The notes beneath the pieces were generated by a model that was given only the letters and a program-made list of their open reading frames with translations, was not told where the DNA came from and made no database searches. This document shows, piece by piece, positions 51,236-61,359 of a stretch of 64,000 bases of DNA. Each line of letters starts with the position of its first letter. The stretch's first letter is position 1. The translations under genes were made by a program, and so were the position numbers. Location: assembly GCA_965202625.1 (NCBI GenBank), contig CBDBBI010000010.1, forward strand, positions 64,001 to 128,000, given 5' to 3'. The DNA comes from a bacterium. Lineage in GTDB: Bacteria; UBA8248.

Positions 51236-52009
51236 ATGGACTTGATGCTTGCCGAGAAGGTGGCGATGATCTCCGGTGCGAGCCGGGGCATTGGTTTTCA
51301 GGTCGCGAAGGATTTGGTGGGCGAGGGTTGCCACGTGGCGATCAGCGCGCGGGGGGAGGAAGACGTAAGTCGGGCGGTGGATGCGCTGAACGCGCTGGGC
51401 GGTGGTCGCGCGGCAGGTTTCGTGGGGGACGTGACGCAAGAGGGTGCGCCCGAGGCTTTCCTGCGCGAGACGCTTGCCGCGTTTGGCGGCGTCGACGTTT
51501 TGGTGAACAACGTGGGAGGCAGCAACCCCAAAGCGTTTCTCGACATCACGGACGCGGAGTGGCGGGAAGGTTTTGGCTTCAACCTGTATCACGCGGTGAC
51601 GCTCTCGCGTCTCGTGATACCGTATATGAAGAAAAGAGGGGGCGGTGCCATTCTGAACGTCGCTTCCATCTACGGGCGAGAATCAAGGGGCGCGATGACA
51701 TATAATGCCTCTAAGGCGGCTCTCATCAGCTTCTCCAAGGGACTTGCCCAGCAGACGGCGAAGGACAATATTCGTGTGAATTCGATTGCGCCCGGCAGCA
51801 TCCTCTTTCCGGGAGGGGTGTGGGAGCGCAGGGTGAACGAGGCGCCCGACGGCCTCAAGGGTTTTGTGGACGCGGAGATGCCTCTGGGCCGGTTTGGGCG
51901 GTTGGAGGAGATATCCGCGGTGGTCGTTTTCATGGTGAGTCCGAGGGCGAGCTTGGTTCATGGCGCCTGCTGGAACGTCGATGGCGCGCAGAGTCGCTCG
52001 AACATCTAG
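51236..52009 (+). CDS. SDR family oxidoreductase
   Basis: SGASRGIG, NNVG, YNASK, VDGA. Confidence 0.9.
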   Translation: MDLMLAEKVAMISGASRGIGFQVAKDLVGEGCHVAISARGEEDVSRAVDALNALGGGRAAGFVGDVTQEGAPEAFLRETLAAFGGVDVLVNNVGGSNPKAFLDITDAEWREGFGFNLYHAVTLSRLVIPYMKKRGGGAILNVASIYGRESRGAMTYNASKAALISFSKGLAQQTAKDNIRVNSIAPGSILFPGGVWERRVNEAPDGLKGFVDAEMPLGRFGRLEEISAVVVFMVSPRASLVHGACWNVDGAQSRSNI

Positions 52010-52217
52010 CCCGATCGAGGATTCATGAAGCTCTCCGGAGCGGTTCCCGGACGCGTGTGAGCCACTGTTGCTTCAGTGCGCTTTTCACGATGCGTGGAAC
52101 GCTGAAGTCTATTGGAATCATTTGGTGTTCGGCCAGGGTTTCGAACACCAAATGATTCCAAATAGTCTCGCTTCGTGAATGGGCAACCCCGCCACATCGG
52201 TCTCCTTCAAATCCGTT

Positions 52218-52937
52218 TCACCAAAGCCCGTCAATCGGGCTGTCTCGAGGGTTCTGATTTTTGGAAAAGCGAGGCTGGACAACGGACCTCTCGCAGGCGA
52301 CGCGGTCGAGCACTACAGGATCGGTGTTCGCCATAACGAGTCCCACCCGCGTGGGTTTCCCTGCGCGGGCCCCTAGCTTTACATCGTCCAGACGGCGTCC
52401 AGTACGGAGAACCTTTGTAGCCGAACAAAAATAATTTAGAATGCTTTGGAAAATAGCGGGTTTTCCGAAGCAAAATGCCTTAGAAAAATGGCTATTTTGG
52501 GGGGCGTAAAGGGTCTTGAGAAAGTCGCTCAAAGCAGGTTGTCGAATGTGATGCGGCAAGGCGTCCTCGACGCTCTCGATGTCGGGATGTGCTTAGTAGA
52601 CGGTTCCCTCTAGGTTGGGGTTGGGCGTCCGTGCGCCCTTTGTGAAGGGGAGAAGGCGAACGCCAAGCGCATCGCATATTTCCCGCAAACCGGCGTGCCT
52701 GGCGGCGATGTTTTCCAGCTGCTTCCCTACTGCCTGAAGGATTTCGGGGTGGGCGGTCACCGCGCGATCGGGCGATGTGTCCTTCAGGATGTTCGGCTTG
52801 AGCAGAACATCGTCGCCTTTCGACGCAAATCGCTCCGCTCCGCCCAGCGCCTCAAAGGCTTGGGCGATGGCATGGCACCTTCTACCTACTTGAGCGCGCT
52901 CATAGTCCTCGCAGCGGATGATAACGACGCGGCTCAT
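52218..52937 (-). pseudogene. decayed DUF362 (Fe-S-associated) gene
   Basis: N-terminal MSRVVIIRCEDY...VLLKPN...VTAHPE, then a stop; distal fragment VGLVMANTDPVVLDRVAC. Confidence 0.75.
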
Positions 52938-52944
52938 GGGGTGT

Positions 52945-53274
52945 TCAGCCTCCTTCTTTCACGGTTTTTATTTTCGTGTCGCGCTCCGCCTCAAGCACGT
53001 CGCGCTCACCCCGAAATTTTTGGCGAAGCGCGCCGAGGGTTTCCCTGGCTTCCGGCTCCAGACGTGCCTCTACGGCTTCAAGAGGAGCACCCCCCGTCAT
53101 TTTCATCAATTCCTGCTGGTGGAGAACGTCTTTTTCGGCGATTTTCCCCTCATACACTTTTCTAATTTCCTCGATCTTGTCTTTTTGCTTGGGCGTGAGT
53201 TTTTCCAGCTCCTGACGCGCTTTCTCCCCGATGGCGGAAGTCTTCTCCATCGCTATTTCCAAGGCGCTTTTCAT
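52945..53274 (-). CDS. conserved helical hypothetical protein (DUF6657-like, MKSALEIAMEKT)
   Basis: GGAGG RBS and a charged coiled-coil composition. Confidence 0.75.
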   Translation of the reverse strand: MKSALEIAMEKTSAIGEKARQELEKLTPKQKDKIEEIRKVYEGKIAEKDVLHQQELMKMTGGAPLEAVEARLEPEARETLGALRQKFRGERDVLEAERDTKIKTVKEGG

Positions 53275-53536
53275 GGTGAACCTCCAAGGCAGTATGGTGG
53301 ATTTGCGCGTGACCGCATTGTAGGTCGTGCGGGGAAGGGGGTCAAGTTTTGCTTTTCTTGAGGTGGCGACCGTAGATGCTCCATCTCCGGCGCGTCGGGC
53401 GCCGGCGGGCAACGCCTACGTTTTTAGTCGTATAGAGAGCGATGTGTTTTATTAGGTTTGGCGGAGCATTTCGCCGCCGGATTTTGCTATAAGTTTCGTA
53501 TGAGAGATGTGAATATGATATTTAGGGGAGTATTGG

Positions 53537-54505
53537 ATGATTGCGCCTACCTTCGATGATGTTTTGCAGGCCCAAAAGCGGATCGCGCCGCATTTGCGTC
53601 CCACGCCCTTTCGCGAGATAGAGACCCTCTCGGAGCGCATGGGGTGCCGCTATTTTCTGAAATTCGAATCCATGCAGCCCATCGGCGCGTTCAAGGTGCG
53701 TGGCGGAGTGAATCTCGTCGCCCAGCTGGGGCCAGAGGAGCGTGAGGCGGGCCTCATCACGGCGTCCACCGGCAACCACGGCCAATCCATCGCCTACGCC
53801 GCGAGGATTTTTGGCGTCAGGGCGTTGGTGGCGGCCCCGTACGGGGCGAATCCGGATAAAATATCGGCTATCAGGAGGTTGGGGGCCGAGGTCGCGTTTG
53901 CCGGAAAAGATTTTGACGAGGCGAGGGAATGGTGCGAGGAGCAATGCGAAGCGAGGGGAATGCGTTACGTGCACTCGGCCAACGAACCGCGTCTCATCGC
54001 CGGTGTGGCGACCCAGACGCTCGAGATCGTGGAGGCTGAACCGAAGATGGAAGTGATCATCGTTCCCCTCGGGGGAGGTAGCGGGGTTTGCGGGGCCGCC
54101 CTCGTCGCCAAGTGTATCAGCCCTAAGGTCCACGTGGTGGGCGTGCAGGCGCAAAACGCCCCCGCTTTCTACAAAAGCTTCTATGCAGGTGAGATGCTTC
54201 CCCAGCCGGCGGCGAACACATTTGCGGACGGTCTCGCCACGAGGGTGCCCTATGCGCTGACTTTCTCGATGATGAGGCGATACGTGGATGAGATCGTCGT
54301 GGTAAGTGAGGAGGAGTTGTGCGCCGCTATACGCCTGCTCGTCTCAGAGGCGGGGGTCGTCGCCGAGGGCGCGGGCGCTGCCGCGACGGCGGCGGCACTG
54401 AAAATGGACGTCAAGGACAGACGAGTCGCCGGAATCCTGAGCGGGCGAAACCTCACCGATGAGCACTTGCGGGTCATCATGGATGGCGGGGTGCCTTGCC
54501 CGTGA
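53537..54505 (+). CDS. PLP-dependent threonine/serine dehydratase family (no regulatory domain)
   Basis: KFESMQPIGAFKVRG, STGNH, PLGGGS, SGRN. Confidence 0.92.
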   Translation: MIAPTFDDVLQAQKRIAPHLRPTPFREIETLSERMGCRYFLKFESMQPIGAFKVRGGVNLVAQLGPEEREAGLITASTGNHGQSIAYAARIFGVRALVAAPYGANPDKISAIRRLGAEVAFAGKDFDEAREWCEEQCEARGMRYVHSANEPRLIAGVATQTLEIVEAEPKMEVIIVPLGGGSGVCGAALVAKCISPKVHVVGVQAQNAPAFYKSFYAGEMLPQPAANTFADGLATRVPYALTFSMMRRYVDEIVVVSEEELCAAIRLLVSEAGVVAEGAGAAATAAALKMDVKDRRVAGILSGRNLTDEHLRVIMDGGVPCP

Positions 54506-57081
54506 AATACGTCGTCGAAAAAAAAAGAAAGGTTGGTGAAGCGCGTGCGCCGGAAAGTCGTTACGTCGAAGTTGCGCTCAGCGTCCCTGGACTTAAGTCT
54601 CTCACCTACCGGGTGGATGATGCATTCGTGGAGCGCGTCATGCCCGGCCTGCGCGTGCTGGTTCCACTCGGAAAGAGAAAGGTGACGGGATATGTCGTCG
54701 ACACGCTGCGCGAGAGTCCACCCGCTGGGGTTGCGTTCTCGTCGATAAAACCTGTTTTAGAGGTGCTCGATGACGAACCGCTGCTCACGCCGGAGATTTT
54801 GCGTCTCACCAAGTGGATGGCGGAATACTATTTCTGCGGCTGGGGGGAGGTGCTCAAATTCGCGTTGCCGTCCCACAGGGAGAAGAAAACTGTGGAGCGT
54901 TATAGGTTGAGCGCGTCCGGACGGCGTGAAGCCGCCTTTGAGGAGGGGCGGCTGGGCTTGCCCGGGCTAGCGCCCCTGAGCGGAGGAGATGGGCGTCACA
55001 AGGCGCAAATTCTGGTGGGACTTCGCAAAGGTCCGAGGAGTCTCCATTCCCTCACGGCGTCGTTTGGGCGTGGAACGCGCCCGGAACTCGCGCGGCTTCT
55101 TGAAGGGGGCTTCGTGGAGAGAGTCGATGAGGCGGTAGGTGGTTCGAGGCTCCGGAAGGTCATGTATGCGCGTCTGCGCAAAAAGCCTTTGGTGGATGAG
55201 CTGAGAGAGATGGAGATTCGTGCGAGGCGACAAGCCGAGGTGATTCGCTTTTTGGATGAGACGGAGGATGGGCGGGCGCAGCTGCGAGAGCTGGAGGCTC
55301 TCTCAAAAGGCGCGCGCGCCGTTTGTGCGGCTTTGGAGAGAAAGGGATGGGTAAAGGTGGAAAAATCCATCCTCCCTGACGAGACGGACGGTGTCAATAC
55401 AGGCGGGCGGCCCGACGCTCTTTTCCCGACTCTCACGGAGGAGCAGAAAAAATCGTTTGAAATGGTGAGAGACGATGTTCGGCGAAAAGAATTTTCGGTC
55501 ACTCTTCTTCACGGCGTCACGGGAAGCGGGAAGACGGAAGTCTATATGCGACTGGCGCAAGAAGCCCTGGACAATGAACTGGGCGCGTTGGTTCTGGTGC
55601 CGGAGATCGGCCTGACGTCCCAACTGCTCGAGCGGTTTCAGGGGCGTTTCGGCCCTCTGGTGGGTTGTCTGCATAGCGCATATTCAGACAAGAAACGCTT
55701 GGCCACGTGGCGGCGCATCAAGAACGCGGACGCGCCCATCGTCCTGGGCACGAGGTCCGCCGTCTTCGCCCCGATTCCGAATCTGGGGATTATCGCGGTG
55801 GATGAGGAGCACGACGGTTCTTACAAACAGGAGGAATCCCCACGCTACCACGCGCGCGACACCGCGATCGTGCGCGCCAGGAATCTGAACGTCCCCGTCG
55901 TGCTGGGTTCGGCAACGCCCTCGATTGAAACCTATACGAGTGCGAGAAGCGGGCGGTATCGACTTCGCGCGTTGTCGCGTCGGCCCACCGGGGGCGCTTT
56001 ACCGGAGGTTCGGGTGATGGATTTAAGAAAAGAGGCCGGCCTGGATCCGAAGACGCCGGAGCTTTTGACGCGCGATTTGTCAAAGGCCATCTACGATCGC
56101 CTTGCAAGAGGGGAGCAGACGCTACTGTTTTTGAATCGGCGCGGGTTTTCATCGGTCGTTCTGTGTCGCGATTGTGGTGAGGCGCTTCAGTGTCCCCATT
56201 GTGCCATCCCTATGACGTTTCACCGTGAGGGCGGGGGAGGTGTGCGGTGTCATTGGTGTGATCACGGCGCGCGTCTGCCAAGCAGGTGCGCATCCTGCCG
56301 CGGCGAGCGCGTGGGATATTTCGGCGTGGGAACGCAGCGCGTGGAGCAGGCTGCGAGGGCACGTTTTCCGGGCGCGCGCATCCAGCGCCTGGATAGCGAC
56401 GCCGTCCGCCGCCCGGACGCCTATGAGCGCATACTCGGCGCCATGCGAAGGGAAGAGGTCGACATCCTCATCGGAACGCAAATGGTGGCGAAGGGGCATG
56501 ATTTCCCGAAATTGACGCTCGTAGGGGTCGTGGTGGCCGACGTGGGGCTTCATCTGCCCGATTTCAGGGCGAGCGAGCGCACCTTTCAGTTGTTGACGCA
56601 GGTGGCCGGCCGGGCGGGCCGCGCCGACTTGCCCGGAGAGGTTATTGTTCAGACGTTTCGACCGGATCATTTCGTGATTCAGTGCGCGCGCGCGCATGAT
56701 TACGCAGGATTCTACAAGAGAGAAGCCCTGGCGAGGGAGCGGATGGGCTACCCGCCGTATTGCCGCCTGGCGAGGCTCCGCTTCGAGTCGAAGGACAAGC
56801 GCCTCGCCGCGAAATCGGCTGAATGGACGGCCTCTTATCTCAAGAAGCATGGAGCCGGAGCGGTGGCGCGCGCGGCCGGGGGAGGAATCGAATATCTTGG
56901 CCCTGCGCCTGCACCCGTTTTGAGGATTCGCGGTTTGTGGCGATATCATGTGCTCCTCAAGGCCAGGACGTCGAGGCGCTTGGCTGAGTCGCTCCAATCG
57001 CTGGCGACCGACTTTGACGGGCAGGCGGCCTTCTCGTCCGTTCGCCTAGCAGTGGACGTTGATCCGATGAATTTGATGTGA
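54496..57081 (+). CDS. priA: primosomal protein N'
   Basis: GVTGSGKT, DEEH, SATP, four CxxC pairs, QVAGRAGR, DVDP. Confidence 0.97.
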   Translation: MPVKYVVEKKRKVGEARAPESRYVEVALSVPGLKSLTYRVDDAFVERVMPGLRVLVPLGKRKVTGYVVDTLRESPPAGVAFSSIKPVLEVLDDEPLLTPEILRLTKWMAEYYFCGWGEVLKFALPSHREKKTVERYRLSASGRREAAFEEGRLGLPGLAPLSGGDGRHKAQILVGLRKGPRSLHSLTASFGRGTRPELARLLEGGFVERVDEAVGGSRLRKVMYARLRKKPLVDELREMEIRARRQAEVIRFLDETEDGRAQLRELEALSKGARAVCAALERKGWVKVEKSILPDETDGVNTGGRPDALFPTLTEEQKKSFEMVRDDVRRKEFSVTLLHGVTGSGKTEVYMRLAQEALDNELGALVLVPEIGLTSQLLERFQGRFGPLVGCLHSAYSDKKRLATWRRIKNADAPIVLGTRSAVFAPIPNLGIIAVDEEHDGSYKQEESPRYHARDTAIVRARNLNVPVVLGSATPSIETYTSARSGRYRLRALSRRPTGGALPEVRVMDLRKEAGLDPKTPELLTRDLSKAIYDRLARGEQTLLFLNRRGFSSVVLCRDCGEALQCPHCAIPMTFHREGGGGVRCHWCDHGARLPSRCASCRGERVGYFGVGTQRVEQAARARFPGARIQRLDSDAVRRPDAYERILGAMRREEVDILIGTQMVAKGHDFPKLTLVGVVVADVGLHLPDFRASERTFQLLTQVAGRAGRADLPGEVIVQTFRPDHFVIQCARAHDYAGFYKREALARERMGYPPYCRLARLRFESKDKRLAAKSAEWTASYLKKHGAGAVARAAGGGIEYLGPAPAPVLRIRGLWRYHVLLKARTSRRLAESLQSLATDFDGQAAFSSVRLAVDVDPMNLM

Positions 57082-57204
57082 GGTTGGAGCCGACGGAGAT
57101 GCGGCCGTTTCTTGCCTGATGGGGTTCGATTCGTTCGACGTGGTGGCTTTGTTGTAGAAGGCGGCGCCCTGAATAAGGGCGGAATTGAAAATGAGGAGCT
57201 CTTT

Positions 57205-57780
57205 ATGTCTCGGGAAACTTTCAGAGCGGCCCTCGTGGGCCTTGGCTGGGGGTGACGCCGATAGCCGACGCCCTGCGCAGGAGCATAGATGCGACGGGGC
57301 GTCGAGCTATGAAGCCATACTGGAGAATCCCGACTTGGAGGGGGGTTTTGCTCACCACGCCTAACACCGCGCACGCCGCGCAAGTCATCTCCGCGCTCAA
57401 GACGGGCAAGCACGTTTGGGTGGAGAAGCCATGACGAACGTTTTGGCCGAGGTGCCTGCAGTGCTGGAAGCCTGGAGGCGTCGGGAAAGGCGCTGGCGAT
57501 TCAAAAGGTGGACGAGGCCGCTTGGTGGGATGTGCCCGTTCCTGAAATGGCGGACATGATCCTTGAGGAGGTGGACGAATTCGCCGATTGCGCCTGGACG
57601 TTAGCCGCCCCTGAAACCGGCCCCCGGGAAGCGATTCACGCCCTTGCTCTCGTGGGGGGGCGCGTCGCTCGGCGGAGCAAGGCGGAAAATGCGGATAGAG
57701 GCGTTTTTGTACGGCATAGATGTCTAGGTGGGGCGTTCTGCGCGTCCAAGCGCATGAGGAGAAAGATCCCGACGAGATAG
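57205..57780 (+). pseudogene. decayed Gfo/Idh/MocA oxidoreductase
   Basis: AALVGLGWG*, then TTPNTAH...GKHVWVEKP*, then EEVDEFADC..PETG, in shifting frames. Confidence 0.8.
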
Positions 57781-57869
57781 GTTCATCCTACCAAAGCGCG
57801 TGAGATGACTCAAAGGGCGTTCGGGAAGGATATGCCTGACGCAAGTCAAACGCGAGTAGATATCCCTCT

Positions 57870-57944
57870 TGGTGGGCCGTACTGGATTTGAACCAGTGAC
57901 TTCTGCCGTGTGAAGGCAGCGCTCTGCCACTGAGCTAACGGCCC
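57870..57944 (-). tRNA. tRNA-Val(CAC)
   Basis: GGGCCGTTAGCTCAGTGGCAGAGCGCTGCCTTCACACGGCAGAAGTCACTGGTTCAAATCCAGTACGGCCCACCA. Confidence 0.97.
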
Positions 57945-58181
57945 ATACCCTCGCAATTATCACACGTCTAGAAAGGGGTCAAGGAGGGATGGGTTTTAGG
58001 AGTGCGGCGTCTCCGCCAGGCCGTCGGACCTTGCGTTTGAGATCGGAGGATGCGTCGAGATTGGACGGTTTGCCCCATCGTTCTCGCTTTGCGGCCCTTC
58101 GGCTTGTTCGCTATGATAACGTAAAGTCCAGATGATCGTCGCTTCAGTTTTCGCGAGTGGCCTTTGAGAGGATAGTCTGAG

Positions 58182-58412
58182 ATGAATCAAGTGACGAACA
58201 ATGGGGTGAAATACAACCTCGAAACCCGCGAGCATGATCTCTACGGGTTTGGCGTGGACGTTTATATGCTCGATCGGGACGGCGGCCAGCCCAGGGAGCC
58301 CATCGCGTTCATTCCAGGAAAAGACGAGAACTCCGCGACGATACTGACGCGGCAATGGCTCAAAATCGCTTTTCCTACGGAGTTGCCTAAGGGGAAGGGG
58401 AAGAAAAAATAA
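58182..58412 (+). CDS. hypothetical protein, 76 aa
   Basis: GAGGA RBS, natural composition, Lys-rich tail. Confidence 0.7.
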   Translation: MNQVTNNGVKYNLETREHDLYGFGVDVYMLDRDGGQPREPIAFIPGKDENSATILTRQWLKIAFPTELPKGKGKKK

Positions 58413-58484
58413 CGAACGCCGTAAAAGTCGCGGGCGTTCATCCGGAGTCGTCTTTTCTCAGCCTTTTCTCAGACTTCAAATCGG

Positions 58485-58895
58485 GTGCGCATCTTGGACT
58501 CACCTCGAACAGTGCGAACCACCCTCGCGCCCTCGCCCACGGGCCCGTTCGCCCAGGCGCGCCGGGCGGGTAACCTGTTGTTCATCGCCGGGCAGCGTGG
58601 CATCGATCCGGTCTCCGGCGCACTTGTCGAGAGAGACATTGAGGCGCGCGCCAGAAGAGCGTTGGAGAACCTCAGAGCCATCGCCGAGGCGGCGGGCGCG
58701 TCTTTGGCGAGTTTCGTTTCCACCGTCGTCTACGTGCGAGACATGAAGGCCCATCGTCCGGCAGTCAACCGGCTGTATATGGAATACTTCGGGCCTAATC
58801 TACCGACGCGCACCATCGTGGAAGTCAGTGGGCTGAACCAGGACGACATCGTGGAAATCGAGGCGGTGGTGATGATTCCGGAACCGGAGGATTAG
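58485..58895 (+). CDS. RidA/YjgF family protein
   Basis: GPFAQA, FIAGQ, PTRT, VEIEAV. Confidence 0.9.
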   Translation: MRILDSPRTVRTTLAPSPTGPFAQARRAGNLLFIAGQRGIDPVSGALVERDIEARARRALENLRAIAEAAGASLASFVSTVVYVRDMKAHRPAVNRLYMEYFGPNLPTRTIVEVSGLNQDDIVEIEAVVMIPEPED

Positions 58896-60478
58896 CGGAT
58901 CGCAGGCGCGGGAAGCGGCTCCCACCACTTCGCAACACCCAGATCGTCCGCGATCGCGCCCGCTGCATTGTAGCCAGGCGCTCCGTTCAGCCCGCCCCCC
59001 TGGCAGCTGGAACTGCACAGGTAGAACCCCTCCAGCGGCGTTCTCATGCCGCAGAGCAGGGGATGGGGTCTGTTGATCCCCAGTTGTTCGGGAATGTATG
59101 CCCCCATACGCACTCCGCCGCGCACCATGTTTTTGTTTCCGCGCTCCACGTCGAGTGGGGTGTAGAGCTTCGCCGCACGAACGTTTTCTGGGGTGAGATT
59201 CGGAGCGTAGCCTCGCCAGACATCCATTAAGCGGACGGTGTATTCCTCCTTGATGTCGTCCCACCTTTGTGCTCCGCCGTCCCTCAACTCATAGGGCGCG
59301 CCCGGCCACCAGAAGGCGACGTGCCCGTCGGCGGGCGCGTAGGTGGAGTCGTGCTGGCTGTTGCACGATCCGTTGCCCATCGGGCGAGAAGGCAGGGAGC
59401 CGTTTTTGCGCTCCTGCGCGTTTTCGGCCATCTCCTCACCAGAGTCCGCGCCGAATATGACGTTGTACGCCCTGCTCACGTCCGGGTCGAAGTCCCCCGC
59501 CGTATATCGCGGGGGTTCGGCTAGGGCGAGATGCAGTGTGCTGAGGGAGTGAAAGCCCCAGTCCCAGCTTCGCGTCTTCTCGTTGACTTCATCGGGGAAA
59601 GCGTCCTCTCCCGCCATTGTGATGGACGCCGGCGCGTTGAGGCTGGAGGCGACGAAGTGCCTCGCCGTCATCTTCTCCCCGTTGTCGAGCGCGACGCCCG
59701 CCGCGCGCCCATTTTTCTGCGTCACCTCCCGGACGTGGCTGCTTCTGAGGACGATACCTCCGTTTCGGGTGATGATGCGCTCAAGGGCGAGGGGCAGTTG
59801 AATGGCGCCCCCCACCGGAAGCCCGAGCGTCGTGTGCGTGGAAAACAGACTCGGGAGGAAAATTCCGGTCCCCGGCGCGTCCTCCACTGTGACGGCGTGA
59901 GAGAACAGGAAGAACAAAGCCCGCATTTTGGGATGATCAAAGTGCGACTCGATGGCCTCGAAGATCGAAATTTTCGCAAAACTCAAAATCTCTCGTCCCG
60001 CCTCGCCTTCCATTCGAGAAGCGATCTCGCTTGGCGGCAACGGCGGGTGAAACAAGAAGCTACGCATGAGCGGAGCGAGCTCCACGGCGAATCGACGGTG
60101 GAGAGAGAGGTAAGATGCGGCGTCTTTTTGAGAGAAATTTGATATAGATACCGCGCTTTTCTCCGGGTCTCGATGCAGCAGGATGGCGCTGCCGTCTCGG
60201 TATAGGGCGGCGTGTTGCGCGTCTGGCGTGAGCCACCTGAATCCATGCTTGTTCAGCTCGAGGTCTTTGACGATAGGAAAATCATCAAGACCAATGAAGA
60301 AATTCGCGTGCATGTTGGAGCGATAGCCGGGCAGCAGAAAATCCTTTGTGCTCGATCCGCCGCCAATTTCAGGCTCGCTTTCGAGGACGGCGATTTTTAG
60401 TCCCGCCCGGGCGAGATAAGCCGCGCATACTAAGCCATTGTGGCCTGCACCGATTACGATCCCGTCGAATTGCACCAT
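58892..60478 (-). CDS. FAD-dependent oxidoreductase, phytoene dehydrogenase-like (PYROXD2-like)
   Basis: IGAGHNGLVCAAYL, TPLDVER, RTPLEGFYLC, GAPGYNAA. Confidence 0.9.
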   Translation of the reverse strand: MVQFDGIVIGAGHNGLVCAAYLARAGLKIAVLESEPEIGGGSSTKDFLLPGYRSNMHANFFIGLDDFPIVKDLELNKHGFRWLTPDAQHAALYRDGSAILLHRDPEKSAVSISNFSQKDAASYLSLHRRFAVELAPLMRSFLFHPPLPPSEIASRMEGEAGREILSFAKISIFEAIESHFDHPKMRALFFLFSHAVTVEDAPGTGIFLPSLFSTHTTLGLPVGGAIQLPLALERIITRNGGIVLRSSHVREVTQKNGRAAGVALDNGEKMTARHFVASSLNAPASITMAGEDAFPDEVNEKTRSWDWGFHSLSTLHLALAEPPRYTAGDFDPDVSRAYNVIFGADSGEEMAENAQERKNGSLPSRPMGNGSCNSQHDSTYAPADGHVAFWWPGAPYELRDGGAQRWDDIKEEYTVRLMDVWRGYAPNLTPENVRAAKLYTPLDVERGNKNMVRGGVRMGAYIPEQLGINRPHPLLCGMRTPLEGFYLCSSSCQGGGLNGAPGYNAAGAIADDLGVAKWWEPLPAPAIR

Positions 60479-60653
60479 CGGACTATCTCCTCGATATGGG
60501 AAAAGCGGAGCCCCCCCTGCTGGATTGGCGATGAAAGGATAAAGCACCCGGCGGAGAGCGCACCCCCCCCCACCTGAGGCTGAGGCGAGTGAATGTTTGT
60601 TGTTTCGCCCGTTTGTGCAGGCGGCTGGCGGCTGAGGGCCACCGAGGGGGTGA

Positions 60654-61286
60654 TCAGCTTTCCGCTTTTTCCTTCTCTAGGCGTTCTTGCCTTATGCGGT
60701 CGACTTCTGATCTCACGTCTTCAATCACGTCTTTGCCCCAGAAGCGCTTCCCCTCAACCACGAACGTGGGGATTCCGAATATACCCAGGCTTTTCCCCTG
60801 GGCGCGCTGGCTATACAGTGAGCCGATGTAGCGCCGATCGGCGATGACGGTTTTAATTTCCTCTCCATCCAGGCCGACCTCCTCGCCCAGGCGGACGATG
60901 ACGTCCACGTCCTCGAGGTTCAGGTCCTCCACCCAGCGGGCCCTGTAGCAGCGATCCCGAAATTCCTTGAATTTTCCTTTGTCGCGGGCGTAATAGGTAG
61001 CCATGTGAAGTTTGGTGGTGCGGTAGTCCGCCCCCGCCACACGAATGGGCACGTTGTATTTCTCGGCGAGGGGCTTGTGGTTCGTCTCGAAATTCTCCTT
61101 TTTTTGCTCAAGCGAGTAGCCGGCGAACTCCTGTCCCGGGGGCCTCCCCTCCCAGCTGACCCACTCGACGACCACATCGGGTACTTCCTCAATCACCGGC
61201 GTGCCACCCACGGTGGCGACGTAGCAAAATGGTCATGTGTAATCCGAGTATTTCACCACGATGATTGGTTCTTTCAGCCCACCCAT
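60654..61286 (-). CDS. DsbA/HCCA-isomerase (GST-kappa) family protein, predicted selenoprotein (Sec18, UPFC)
   Basis: GGAGG RBS; MGGLKEPIIVVKYSDYT-TGA(61233-61235)-PFCY...GIFGIPTFVV...FWGKD; SECIS-like hairpin follows. Confidence 0.9.
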
Positions 61287-61359
61287 AGCGTTGCCTCCGT
61301 CTTGGTTTTCGCTCCTTGCGAGGAGTCGATTGGACGTATCCTGTGCTGCGACTGTTAGT

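Noticed and set aside
30595-58895. RutA/B/C/D/F-like genes as a dispersed pyrimidine (Rut) pathway
   Set aside because: The genes are scattered, belong to large generic families, and the LLM looks SsuD-like.
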